A stretch of DNA of 64,000 nucleotides from an uncultured Mollicutes bacterium (lineage in GTDB: Bacteria > Bacillota_I > Bacilli_A > ML615J-28 > CAG-313), in NCBI GenBank assembly GCA_900538885.1, contig UQAI01000002.1, forward strand, positions 19,211 to 83,210. The letters are read 5' to 3'. The notes under the pieces were generated by a model, which did not search any database, was not told the DNA's origin, and saw only the letters and a program-made list of their open reading frames with translations. This document shows positions 8,615-17,952 of this stretch, in pieces (positions within the stretch are counted from its first letter, which is position 1; each line of letters starts with the position of its first letter). Position numbers and translations under genes: made by a program.

Positions 8615-9601
8615 ATGCCTAAAAAAAATAAATTAGAAAAGTATTTTGAAGAAAACAATAGTATGATGGACCGCTTTACCATCAACTCAAAAATTACTAA
8701 TAGAATAATTGGATTTATTATTTGTAGCGTTTGTTACCCTCTTTTAACTTTATCAAAAAGATACAATGCCATTTATGGTAATGAAGTAAATACTACAAAT
8801 ACAGTAGATTACATAAGAATTATTATGATTTGTTGTTATGTTATAGCAGGACTTGGTTTTCTCTATTTACTTCTTGAATTAATAATTCCAAGTAAAATTA
8901 ATAAATTAACAAAAAACATAAAGTTTACGGCGAAAAAAGCAATATTTAATACTCTTGATTGGTTATTAATAATTCCAATCTGTTGTAATATTGCAATATT
9001 CATGTATAGTTATTTGTTTATCATTAATCAAATAAGTGGTACTTCAATGGTGCCAACAATTGAAGACAGTGAAAGTGTATTTGTTTCATATTTAGATAGA
9101 GTAGATAGATTTGATGTAGTTATTGCGAAAATAACTCCTGAAGATAATATTGGTATACTATCTGAACAATATTATATTAAAAGAGTAATTGGTATGCCAG
9201 GTGATAGGGTAACTTGGAACTGGTCTAATAGTACCTTAAAGATTAATGGTGAACTTATCAATGAAGGTTACTTTCCATCTGATTATTTAAACTCGGAACG
9301 AGACAAAGAAAAGGCAGGACTATCAAAAGAACAAATAAATAGAATTAGTGAAGCCGAAAGCTTTGATGGTGAGTTTACGTATAAAAAATATAATAAAGAC
9401 ACAAAAAAATACGAAATAATTACCACAACAATTATTCCTGATGGTTACTACTTTGTTATGGGTGATAACCGTAATCAAGGTGGCAGTAAAGATAGTAGAG
9501 TAATTGGCCTAATACCAAGTAAAAACATTATTGGAGTTGCGAAATACCATGTTGTTGGAATTATCCCATGGGGTAAAATTGCCAAACAAACTATCAAATA
9601 A
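8615..9601 (+). CDS. lepB: Signal peptidase I (long form, 3 N-terminal TM segments).
   Basis: RBS AAGGAGG. Catalytic boxes GTSMVPT (Ser), YIKRVIGMPGD (Lys) and GDNRNQGGSKDSRVIG. Confidence 0.8.
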   Translation: MPKKNKLEKYFEENNSMMDRFTINSKITNRIIGFIICSVCYPLLTLSKRYNAIYGNEVNTTNTVDYIRIIMICCYVIAGLGFLYLLLELIIPSKINKLTKNIKFTAKKAIFNTLDWLLIIPICCNIAIFMYSYLFIINQISGTSMVPTIEDSESVFVSYLDRVDRFDVVIAKITPEDNIGILSEQYYIKRVIGMPGDRVTWNWSNSTLKINGELINEGYFPSDYLNSERDKEKAGLSKEQINRISEAESFDGEFTYKKYNKDTKKYEIITTTIIPDGYYFVMGDNRNQGGSKDSRVIGLIPSKNIIGVAKYHVVGIIPWGKIAKQTIK

Positions 9602-9785
9602 CTTTATATTGATAAAAAAACATTGAAATTGATTTCAACTGAAATAAATTAAAAGATTTGAAATGATAGTAACAATGTATTATGATAGAAAATGAATTTG
9701 AAAATAATAAATGAAAATGAAAAGAAAATATCATCTACGAATATCAATTGATAAGTGGGGAGTTATGAAAAACTAAAGGAGAGTA

Positions 9786-10415
9786 TTGCTGGAAGATAAT
9801 AAATTAATTATATATAAAAATAATGAAGGTAATATTATAGTAGATGCCATTTATAAAGATGAAACATTATGGTTATCGCAAAAAGGAATGTCTAAGGTAT
9901 TTGAAGTAGGTGTTCCATCAATATCGAAACATTTAAAAAATATATTTGAAGAAAATGAATTAGACAAATAATCAGTTGTTTCCAAAATGGAAATAACTGC
10001 TAAAGATGGTAAAGAATATAATACTGAAGTTTATAGTTTAGATGCCATAATCGCTGTTGGATATAGAATTAATTCGAAAAAAGATCATATGGGATTAACA
10101 ACTTGGAAAAATTCTCCCGATGGTTTAATATATAAATATGATGTAATTGTTGCAAAGAATTATTTAAACGAAGAAGAAATGAATAATTTAAAAGATTTAA
10201 CAAATATATTTTTAGTATTTGCTGAGGATGAAGCAAAACAAAGACATATTATGACAATGAAGGAAGCTGGCTATATTGTTGCACTTGCACATGATGCAGT
10301 TGAAAAAGCTGAAAAAGAATATGAAAAATTTAGAGTTATACAAGATCAAAAATACATTTCTTCAATGGATGAATTCTATAATAAATATTTAAATGAAAAT
10401 AACGATAGTGAATAA
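9786..10415 (+). pseudogene. RhuM-family (virulence protein RhuM) gene interrupted by an in-frame TAA stop at 9969-9971.
   Basis: ORFs 9786-9971 and 9987-10415 are in the same frame. Together they reconstitute a RhuM-like sequence (LIIYKNNEGNIIVDAIYKDETLWLSQKGMSKVF...HLKNIFEENELDK*SVVSKMEITAKDGKEYNTEVYSLDAIIAVGYRINSKK). Confidence 0.7.
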
Positions 10416-10496
10416 AGAAAATAGGGGTAATAACGAATTATGGAAAACCTTTATATAAGAAGGTGAAAATTATGATTATAGCATATACTAAAAAAT

Positions 10497-11153
10497 ATGA
10501 TGAATGCATTTTTGCAATTTAATGGTAAAGAAATATTACACAATGTGGGAAAAATATCGGCTAATGTTGCAAAAGAATTAGCTTATGAAGAGTATGCTAA
10601 TGATGAAAAATGGCAACAACTTGTTGCCAAATTACCTTGGGGTCATAATTTATTACTAATTGAAAAAATCAAAAACAAAGATATTAGAAAAATATATACT
10701 GAAAATACTATTAAAAATGGCTGGAGTAGAAATGTATTATTAGAATTAGGGAAAGGATTTAGTTTTGTCGGTAATCAATATAAAATTTCGGTTGATAATC
10801 AAGATTATTATATTGATTTACTATTTTATCATTTGGAACTTAGATGTTATGTAGTTGTTGAATTAAAAACAAGTGAATTTAAACCAGAATATATAGGGCA
10901 ATTAGGATTTTATGTAACAGCGGTTAATGAAACAATAAAAAAAGAGTGTGATTCACCTTCGATTGGTTTATTATTATGTAGAGGAAAGAACAGAGTAACG
11001 GTAGATTGGTCTTTGAAATCTACAAATGTTCCTATAGGCGTTTCAACTTATAAATTGAAAGAACAACTACCAAAAGAATTAATAGATAAATTACCAACAG
11101 AAGAAGACATAAATTTATATTTGAATGTAGGGAAAGGTGGTAACAATGAATAA
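10497..11153 (+). pseudogene. YhcG-like (DUF1016) PDDEXK nuclease, C-terminal two-thirds only. The N-terminal domain is missing.
   Basis: PDDEXK core YYIDLLFYHLELRCYVVVELKTSEFKPEYIGQLGFY and a C-terminal LPTEEDI tail typical of YhcG. No upstream sequence encodes the N-terminal DUF1016_N part. Confidence 0.55.
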
Positions 11154-12024
11154 CGAAAATAAAACAAATATCAACTGGTATCCTGGTCATATGGCTAAGG
11201 CTATTCGAGAAATAAATGAAAAAATAAAGTTAGTTGATGTTGTGATAGTTCTACTTGATGCTAGAGTTCCTCATGCTTCTTTTAATCCTGAACTTAAAAA
11301 AATGTTACAAAATAAAAGAACTTTATATATTTTGACTAAAAAGGATAAAGCAGATGATATAGAAACTAAAAAATGGTTAACATATTATCAAAAACAAAAC
11401 ATAAGGGCTATTAGTATTAACACGAAAGATCAAAAAGAAATTAAACAAGTATATAAAGAATTAGAAAATATAATGGCAGATAAACGAATTAGTGATGCGA
11501 AAAAAGGCTTGCGTCCACGTCCAATTAAAACAATGATGACAGGCATTCCTAATGTTGGTAAATCAACACTTATAAATGCTTTAGTAGGTAAAAAAGTAAC
11601 GATAGTTGGTGATAAACCTGGTGTAACCAAAAATCAACAATGGATACGCATCAACCAAAATATCGAATTACTCGATACTCCAGGGGTTTTATGGCCTAAA
11701 TTTGAAGATGAAACAATTGGATTTAATCTAGCAATTACAGGAGCGATTAAAGATTCTATTCTTCCAGTTCATGATATTGCGAAATATTTTGTTGAATATT
11801 TAGATAAATATTATCCATCTGCTTTAAATTTAAGATACAAAGAAACATTGCCAGAAGATAGTGAAAGTAAAATTACCAAAATTGGTGAAATTGAAAACAT
11901 TAGATTTGGAAATAAAGAAGTAAATGTTGATGAAACATCTAGATATTTACTTCAATTATATCGTAATAATGCTTTCGGTAAAATAACTTTAGATAGGGTA
12001 ACTTATGAAGAAAGTAATAATTGA
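11146..12024 (+). CDS. rbgA: Ribosome biogenesis GTPase A (YlqF/RbgA).
   Basis: INWYPGHMAKA N-terminus. Circularly permuted GTPase motifs (TKKDK, GIPNVGKSTLINAL, DTPG). RBS AAAGGTGG before ATG 11146. Confidence 0.85.
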   Translation: MNNENKTNINWYPGHMAKAIREINEKIKLVDVVIVLLDARVPHASFNPELKKMLQNKRTLYILTKKDKADDIETKKWLTYYQKQNIRAISINTKDQKEIKQVYKELENIMADKRISDAKKGLRPRPIKTMMTGIPNVGKSTLINALVGKKVTIVGDKPGVTKNQQWIRINQNIELLDTPGVLWPKFEDETIGFNLAITGAIKDSILPVHDIAKYFVEYLDKYYPSALNLRYKETLPEDSESKITKIGEIENIRFGNKEVNVDETSRYLLQLYRNNAFGKITLDRVTYEESNN

Positions 12025-12649
12025 TAATTATATTTTTGAAAGAAAACTTCATGATGAAGGATACACCCTTATTGCGGGAGTTGATGAAGTAGGTCGTGGC
12101 CCATTAGCGGGTCCCGTAGCCGCAACAGCTATCATTATGCCTAAAGATTGCTATATTGAAGGAGTTACTGACTCTAAAAAAGTTTCACCCAAAAAACGAA
12201 AAGAATTAAAAAACCAAATCTTAGAAAAAGCGATAGCCGTATCAACAATTTTTATAAATGAAAAAATAATTGATGAAGTAAATATTTATGAAGCTACCAA
12301 ACTTGCAATGTATCAAGCAATAAATGAATTAGATCCTAAACCAGATTATGTTTTGATTGATGCAATGCCACTAGATTTAGATATTCCTCATGAATCAATT
12401 ATTAAAGGTGATGAAAAGAGTTTCACAATTGCTTGTGCAAGTATTATTGCGAAAGAAGCAAGAGATGAACTTATGGATGAGTTTGATCAAAAATATCCTG
12501 AATATGATTTTAAACAAAATAAAGGATATCCTACTAAAAAACATCGTAATGCCCTTCTTACTTATGGGGTAACTCCAATTCACCGTAGAACATATGGCCC
12601 AGTAAAAGTTGCCATTCAAAAACAGATAGTAAATAAATATGAAAATTAA
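12005..12649 (+). CDS. rnhB: Ribonuclease HII.
   Basis: IAGVDEVGRGPLAGPVAATAII, DSKK, and LIDAMPL motifs. It overlaps the rbgA end, conserving the ylqF-rnhB synteny of Bacilli. Confidence 0.9.
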   Translation: MKKVIIDNYIFERKLHDEGYTLIAGVDEVGRGPLAGPVAATAIIMPKDCYIEGVTDSKKVSPKKRKELKNQILEKAIAVSTIFINEKIIDEVNIYEATKLAMYQAINELDPKPDYVLIDAMPLDLDIPHESIIKGDEKSFTIACASIIAKEARDELMDEFDQKYPEYDFKQNKGYPTKKHRNALLTYGVTPIHRRTYGPVKVAIQKQIVNKYEN

Positions 12650-12804
12650 AACTAATGACTATGAGTTTATCATTAATTCTTAGGCATTAGTCTTTTTTGA
12701 AAAAATTCGTTGATTTATTCTATTGACTAATAACAAAAAATATAGTATAATTACTTTGGAAAAACATAACAATATATATTATTTCAAAATAGAGGGAAAT
12801 ACAT

Positions 12805-14094
12805 ATGAATTTAATAAAGAGAGATCTATATCTTAAACAATTAATTAATAGAAAAGAAAATGGTTTAATTAAAATAATTACTGGTATAAGACGCTGTGGG
12901 AAAAGCTATTTGCTATTTAAAATTTTTTACAACTATTTAATTGAATTAGGAATAAAAGAAGATAATATTATTACACTTGCTTTGGATGATGATAAGAACC
13001 GTGAATATCGTAATCCTGATAAACTTTCTGATTATTTATATTCAAGAATTACAAATAAGAACGAAATGTTCTATATTTTTTTGGATGAGATTCAATTTGC
13101 ATTTAGTTTTAAAAATAATGATGATGGTTACTCTCGTGTATATGGAATTTTAAATGGCCTACTACGTTTGGATAATGTTGATATTTATGTTACAGGTTCT
13201 AATTCCAAATTCTTATCTTCTGATATTATGACCGAGTTTAGAGACCGTGGCGATGAAGTGCGAGTTTATCCGTTATCTTTTTCTGAATTTTATTCATCAA
13301 ATCTTTGGAATGATAAATATGAAGCCTGGAATGAGTATACTAGGTTTGGTGGATTACCTATGATATTAACTAAAAAAACCGATGATGAAAAGAGCAATTA
13401 TTTAAAGAATTTGTTGAATAAGACTTACATTCAAGATGTAATAGAAAGAAATAATTTGAAAGGAAATAACATAATTGATACGCTAGTTGATATACTTGCT
13501 TCATCAATTGGTTCATTGACAAACCCGACAAAACTTGCAAGAACTTTTGCATCAAATAATATTAAAACCACCGATGTAACGCTAGCAACTTATATAGATT
13601 ATTTAATTGATGCTTTTATGATTAACAAGGCTCAAAGATACGATATAAAAGGGAAAAAATATATTGATTCGCCTTTTAAATTTTATTTTACAGATATTGG
13701 AATTCGTAATTGTCGATTAAATTATCGCCAACAAGAGCCAACACATATAATGGAAAATATAATTTATAATGAACTATTAATTCGTGGTTATAATGTCGAT
13801 GTTGGTATAATAGAGCATACAACAAGAAATAAAGAAGGTAAACAAAAGAATATTCAACAAGAAGTTGATTTTATTTGTAATACTGCAGATAATCGTTATT
13901 ATATTCAATCAGCATTTTCAATACCTAATGAAGAAAAAATGATTCAAGAAACATCGCAGTTAGATAAAATTGGTGATTCATTTAAAAAAATAATTATAAC
14001 CCAAGATTTAGGTAAACCATGGCGTACTGATAAGGGCTATTTAGTTATTAATATTTTAGATTTCTTATTAAATCCATCTAGTTTAGATATATAA
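12805..14094 (+). CDS. AAA-family ATPase with a DUF4143 C-terminal domain (COG1373-like).
   Basis: Walker A GIRRCGKSYLL, Walker B IFLDEIQ. It has its own promoter (TTGACT-17-TATAAT, about 12742-12770) and a downstream terminator. Confidence 0.75.
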   Translation: MNLIKRDLYLKQLINRKENGLIKIITGIRRCGKSYLLFKIFYNYLIELGIKEDNIITLALDDDKNREYRNPDKLSDYLYSRITNKNEMFYIFLDEIQFAFSFKNNDDGYSRVYGILNGLLRLDNVDIYVTGSNSKFLSSDIMTEFRDRGDEVRVYPLSFSEFYSSNLWNDKYEAWNEYTRFGGLPMILTKKTDDEKSNYLKNLLNKTYIQDVIERNNLKGNNIIDTLVDILASSIGSLTNPTKLARTFASNNIKTTDVTLATYIDYLIDAFMINKAQRYDIKGKKYIDSPFKFYFTDIGIRNCRLNYRQQEPTHIMENIIYNELLIRGYNVDVGIIEHTTRNKEGKQKNIQQEVDFICNTADNRYYIQSAFSIPNEEKMIQETSQLDKIGDSFKKIIITQDLGKPWRTDKGYLVINILDFLLNPSSLDI

Positions 14095-14111
14095 TAAAAA
14101 TTAAAATAAGG

Positions 14112-14150
14112 CATTCAAGTAACTACAATTACTTGAATGGTTTATCTTAT
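14112..14150 (+). terminator. Terminator hairpin after the DUF4143 gene.
   Basis: Perfect 11-bp stem CATTCAAGTAA-ctacaa-TTACTTGAATG followed by a U-rich stretch. Confidence 0.5.
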
Positions 14151-14238
14151 AAAAATTGGCACAATATGGTAGCTTTTTCTTGACAACTAAAATTCTAAAT
14201 GATATAATTTTTTCTAGAAAAATAGAGGTGGAAGGATA

Positions 14239-16359
14239 ATGAAATTACTAATTGTGGAATCACCAGCAAAATGTAAAACAATTGCCAATTATTTAGGGGA
14301 TGAATATAAAGTAGATTCCAGTATTGGTCACATTCGTGATTTAAAAATTAAAGGTAAAGGTGGATTTGGAGTTGATATTGAAAATAATTTTCAACCTGAA
14401 TATTCAATTTTACAAGATAAAATGGAAGTAGTTAAACACTTAAAACAAGATGCGGATGCGGCAGAGCACGTATATCTTGCAACCGACCCCGACCGTGAAG
14501 GCGAGGCAATCAGCTGGCATTTAAGTGAAGTGTTAAACGAACCTAAAGAAAAAGTATCACGTATTGTTTTTAATGAAATTACTAAATCAGCTGTAACTAA
14601 GGCTATTAAAAATGACCGTCAAATTAATATGGATTTAGTACATTCTCAAGAATCAAGAAGAATCCTTGATAGAATTATCGGCTTTAGATTATCAGGCTTA
14701 TTACAACAAAAAATTGGCTCTAAATCAGCTGGTCGTGTACAATCAGTAGCCTTAAAATTGATTGTTGATCGTGAAAGAGAAATAGAAGCATTTGATAAAC
14801 AAGAATATTGGGACTTATATGCTAATTTAAAGAAAAATGTAAACAATAATGAATTTTTGTTAAAAGCTAAATTCATTGGAACTAAAGATGAAAAGATAGA
14901 TCTAAAAAATGAAGATGATGTTAATAAAGTTATTGAAAGAATAAACGATGGTGAATATGTTGTTGATGAGATAAATAAGAAAGTTCGTGCTCGTCCTTCT
15001 AAACCTCCATTCATTACTTCAACCCTTCAACAAGATGCAGGTGTTAAATATAATTATAATGCGAAAAGAGTAATGAGCATTGCCCAAAAACTTTATGAAG
15101 GTGTTGAACTAGGCAGTGAACGTGTTGGTTTAATTACCTACATGCGTACTGACTCAATTCGTTTATCTGATGAGTTTATAGATAGTGTTAAAACATATAT
15201 CACAGATAAATATGGTGAAAAGTATTATAAAGGAATGAAAAAGGCTGGACAAAAAGGCAAGAATATTCAAGATGCCCATGAAGCTATTCGTCCCACTAAT
15301 ATTAACAGAACTCCAGAAAGTGTAAAAAAATATTTACCTGCTGATGAGTTTAAGCTTTATTCATTAATTTATAATCGCGCTCTTGCATCATTAATGAGTG
15401 ATGCTAGTATTGAAAACACAACTGTTGATGTATTAAATCATGAATATTTATTTAATCTAACTGGTGAAAAAGTCTTATTCAACGGTTTTCTTGCGGTATA
15501 CGAAGAATCAAGCCTTGATGATGAAGAAAAAATAGAAGGCCTACCTGAGTTTACTAAAGGTGAAGTTCTTGAATTAATTGAACTACATAAAGAACAAAAG
15601 TTTACAGCTCCTCCATATCGTTATACTGAAGCTAGACTTATTAGAAAAATGGAAGAACTAGGAATTGGTCGTCCTTCAACTTATGCCTTAACAATGGAAA
15701 CACTAAGGGCTAGAGGCTATGTTAGTATGGAAAAAAGAACCTTTGTTCCAACACCTCAAGGTAGACTTACAGTGGAACAATTAGAAAAATTCTTTTCTGA
15801 AATTATTAACGTTAAATACACTGCGGAAATGGAAAATACCTTAGATGAAATTGCGGCAGGAAAAACTGTATGGTATGAAGAACTAAAGAAATTCTATGAT
15901 ATGTTTGCACCATTAATTGAGAATGCTCGTGATAATATGGTTAAAATATATCCAAAGATGACTGATGAGACTTGTCCAGTATGTGGACTTCCACTTCTTA
16001 TTCGTCGTGGCCCATATGGTGAGTTTACCGCATGTTCAGGTTACCCTCATTGCAAGTTTATCAAGAAAAAAGAAAAAGCGGAACCTGTATCAACTGGCGT
16101 TATTTGTCCAGTATGTGGTGAAGGTGAAATTGTTGAACGTATTAGTGCAAGAGGAAGATCAAAGGGTACAAAATTCTATGCTTGTAGTAGATATCCAAAA
16201 TGCAAAGCAACTTACTCAGGAATCCCTCAAAAAGAGAAATGCGAAGTGTGTGGAGCCCCAATGATTGACGATAATGGTACCATTAGATGTGGTAATGAGC
16301 ACTGCAAAACTAATGAAGCATTGCATAAAGTCCGTACAAGAAAACAAAAAATAGAATAA
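14239..16359 (+). CDS. topA: DNA topoisomerase I with three C-terminal zinc-ribbon motifs.
   Basis: TOPRIM N-terminus (LLIVESPAKCKTI, ATDPDREGEAISWH), active-site region GLITYMRTDS, and C-terminal CPVCG...C x3. Confidence 0.95.
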   Translation: MKLLIVESPAKCKTIANYLGDEYKVDSSIGHIRDLKIKGKGGFGVDIENNFQPEYSILQDKMEVVKHLKQDADAAEHVYLATDPDREGEAISWHLSEVLNEPKEKVSRIVFNEITKSAVTKAIKNDRQINMDLVHSQESRRILDRIIGFRLSGLLQQKIGSKSAGRVQSVALKLIVDREREIEAFDKQEYWDLYANLKKNVNNNEFLLKAKFIGTKDEKIDLKNEDDVNKVIERINDGEYVVDEINKKVRARPSKPPFITSTLQQDAGVKYNYNAKRVMSIAQKLYEGVELGSERVGLITYMRTDSIRLSDEFIDSVKTYITDKYGEKYYKGMKKAGQKGKNIQDAHEAIRPTNINRTPESVKKYLPADEFKLYSLIYNRALASLMSDASIENTTVDVLNHEYLFNLTGEKVLFNGFLAVYEESSLDDEEKIEGLPEFTKGEVLELIELHKEQKFTAPPYRYTEARLIRKMEELGIGRPSTYALTMETLRARGYVSMEKRTFVPTPQGRLTVEQLEKFFSEIINVKYTAEMENTLDEIAAGKTVWYEELKKFYDMFAPLIENARDNMVKIYPKMTDETCPVCGLPLLIRRGPYGEFTACSGYPHCKFIKKKEKAEPVSTGVICPVCGEGEIVERISARGRSKGTKFYACSRYPKCKATYSGIPQKEKCEVCGAPMIDDNGTIRCGNEHCKTNEALHKVRTRKQKIE

Positions 16360-16382
16360 AAAATAAAAAAATGTCGAAAAAG

Positions 16383-16412
16383 TGAGAGAAAATACTTGAT
16401 TTTTCTCTTTCT
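16383..16412 (+). terminator. Terminator after topA. It overlaps the -35 of the downstream sRNA promoter.
   Basis: Hairpin GAGAGAAAA-tacttga-TTTTCTCTT plus a T-rich tail. Confidence 0.5.
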
Positions 16413-16430
16413 TTGTGCTATAATGTTTAT

Positions 16431-16521
16431 GTAACGTTGTGTTACACATATCCCCTACAAGTTGTGGTTTATCCACAATCCCTTCCTATCAGGTGGTATC
16501 CCCCCACCTGATTTTGTTTTG
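16431..16521 (+). ncRNA. Candidate small RNA of about 90 nt with its own sigma-A promoter and an intrinsic terminator. Identity unknown.
   Basis: Consensus promoter TTGATT(16396)-17 nt-TATAAT(16419). Three stem-loops: GTAACgttgtGTTAC, TTGTGGtttatCCACAA, and CAGGTGGtatccccccACCTG plus a T-run. The loops are C-rich (CCCCT, TCCC, CCCCCC). Confidence 0.45.
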
Positions 16522-16655
16522 TTAATAATTTTATGATATCATTATACACGAAAGTTCTTTAATATAAATAGTATTAAAGGACTTTTTTCTTTTCCAAATT
16601 CTTGAAAAAATATGAATAATATAGTATAATACATTAGAAAGTAGAGGTGCCATAT

Positions 16656-17636
16656 ATGGGTCTATTTGATTTTCTTAAAAAGAAACCTAAAGATGATAAA
16701 TCTAAAAAGTATAATATAGGAATGAAAAAAACCAGAAAAGGCTTATTAGGTAAACTAAAAGCCGTACTATCAGGATATAATGAAGTTACAGAAGATTTAT
16801 TTGATGATCTAACTGATGCTTTTATCATGGCTGATATTGGTGTTGAAACTACACTTGATTTTATTGACGCATTAAAAGAAGATGAACGTGTAAAAAATGT
16901 AAAAAATGCAATGGAATTACAACCAATTATTGTTGATAAAATGTTTGAACTTTATTTAAAAAATGAACTTGTTAACAATAATTTAAATATTAATCCTAAT
17001 GGATTATCAGTCTTTTTATTTGTTGGTGTTAATGGTGTTGGTAAAACCACTACGATTGCGAAAATAGCATATCGACTAAAGAACCAAGGAAAGAAAGTTT
17101 TACTTGCGGCGGGAGATACATTTAGAGCTGGAGCTATTGATCAACTTCAAGTATGGGCTAGTCGTATTGGTGTTGATATTGTAACAAAGGTAAGTGGATC
17201 TGATCCATCAAGTGTAATTTATGATGCCATCATAAAAGCCAAAGCAGAAAAATATGATGTTTTATTATGTGATACAGCTGGAAGACTTCAAAATAAAGTA
17301 AACCTAATGAAAGAACTTGAGAAAATGAATAAAGTAATTTCTCGTGAAGTTGAAAATGGACCACAGGAAACACTACTTGTTATTGACGCAACAACTGGTC
17401 AAAATGGTTTATCTCAAGCTGAAGCCTTTATGGAAGTAACAAATATTACTGGTGTTATCCTTACTAAACTTGATGGTACAAGTAAAGGCGGAATTGTTCT
17501 TGCGATAAGAGATAAATATAATATTCCTATTAAAATGGTAGGTCTTGGTGAAAAAATGGAAGACCTTGAGTATTTTGACTTAGAAGATTATATTGGTGGA
17601 TTATTTATTGCGAGTGAAGATGATGAAGATGAATGA
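16656..17636 (+). CDS. ftsY: Signal recognition particle receptor FtsY.
   Basis: NG domain motifs GVNGVGKTTTIAKIA, DTFRAGAIDQL, CDTAGR, TKLDGTSKGG. Promoter TTGAAA-17-TATAAT at 16602-16630. Start ATG 16656 (the track used GTG 16647). Confidence 0.9.
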   Translation: MGLFDFLKKKPKDDKSKKYNIGMKKTRKGLLGKLKAVLSGYNEVTEDLFDDLTDAFIMADIGVETTLDFIDALKEDERVKNVKNAMELQPIIVDKMFELYLKNELVNNNLNINPNGLSVFLFVGVNGVGKTTTIAKIAYRLKNQGKKVLLAAGDTFRAGAIDQLQVWASRIGVDIVTKVSGSDPSSVIYDAIIKAKAEKYDVLLCDTAGRLQNKVNLMKELEKMNKVISREVENGPQETLLVIDATTGQNGLSQAEAFMEVTNITGVILTKLDGTSKGGIVLAIRDKYNIPIKMVGLGEKMEDLEYFDLEDYIGGLFIASEDDEDE

Positions 17637-17949
17637 TTTAGAAAAAAAAGATTATTATAATACCCTATATGGTTATTATAAAACATTACTAACTGACAAA
17701 CAACAAAGCATCTTTTCAAGTTACTATGAAGAAGACTATAGCCTTAGTGAAATAGCTGAAAACCTGGAGGTTAGTCGAAATGCAGTTTGGGATACTTTAA
17801 AAAAAGTAATTGATAAGTTAGAAGAATATGAAAAGAAATTAGAACTTTATGAATTTGATTTAAAGTTGGAAGAATACTTAAAAAAATTAGAAAAATGTAC
17901 TAATGAAGATGGTTTAAAAATCATTGAAGAAATTAGAGAAATGGAGTAG
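17629..17949 (+). CDS. ylxM: YlxM/p13-like putative DNA-binding protein of the ftsY-ffh operon.
   Basis: About 106 aa with helix-turn-helix (LSEIAENLEVSRNAVWDTLKK). Conserved position between ftsY and ffh. The start overlaps the ftsY stop (ATGA). Confidence 0.75.
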   Translation: MNDLEKKDYYNTLYGYYKTLLTDKQQSIFSSYYEEDYSLSEIAENLEVSRNAVWDTLKKVIDKLEEYEKKLELYEFDLKLEEYLKKLEKCTNEDGLKIIEEIREME

Positions 17950-17952
17950 TGT

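Noticed and set aside
9969-9971. The in-frame TAA in RhuM as programmed stop-codon readthrough or recoding.
   Set aside because: There is no recoding signal or context. The neighbouring YhcG is also truncated. Simple pseudogenisation is the parsimonious reading.
12390-12619. Overlapping ORFs inside rnhB on both strands.
   Set aside because: They are short and lie within a well-supported RNase HII frame. Spurious.
16431-16521. Identifying the small RNA as SRP 4.5S/scRNA because it sits next to ftsY and ffh.
   Set aside because: The conserved domain IV motif (AGGUCAGG...GGAAGCAGC with a GNRA loop) is not present on either strand. The call is kept as an unknown sRNA.
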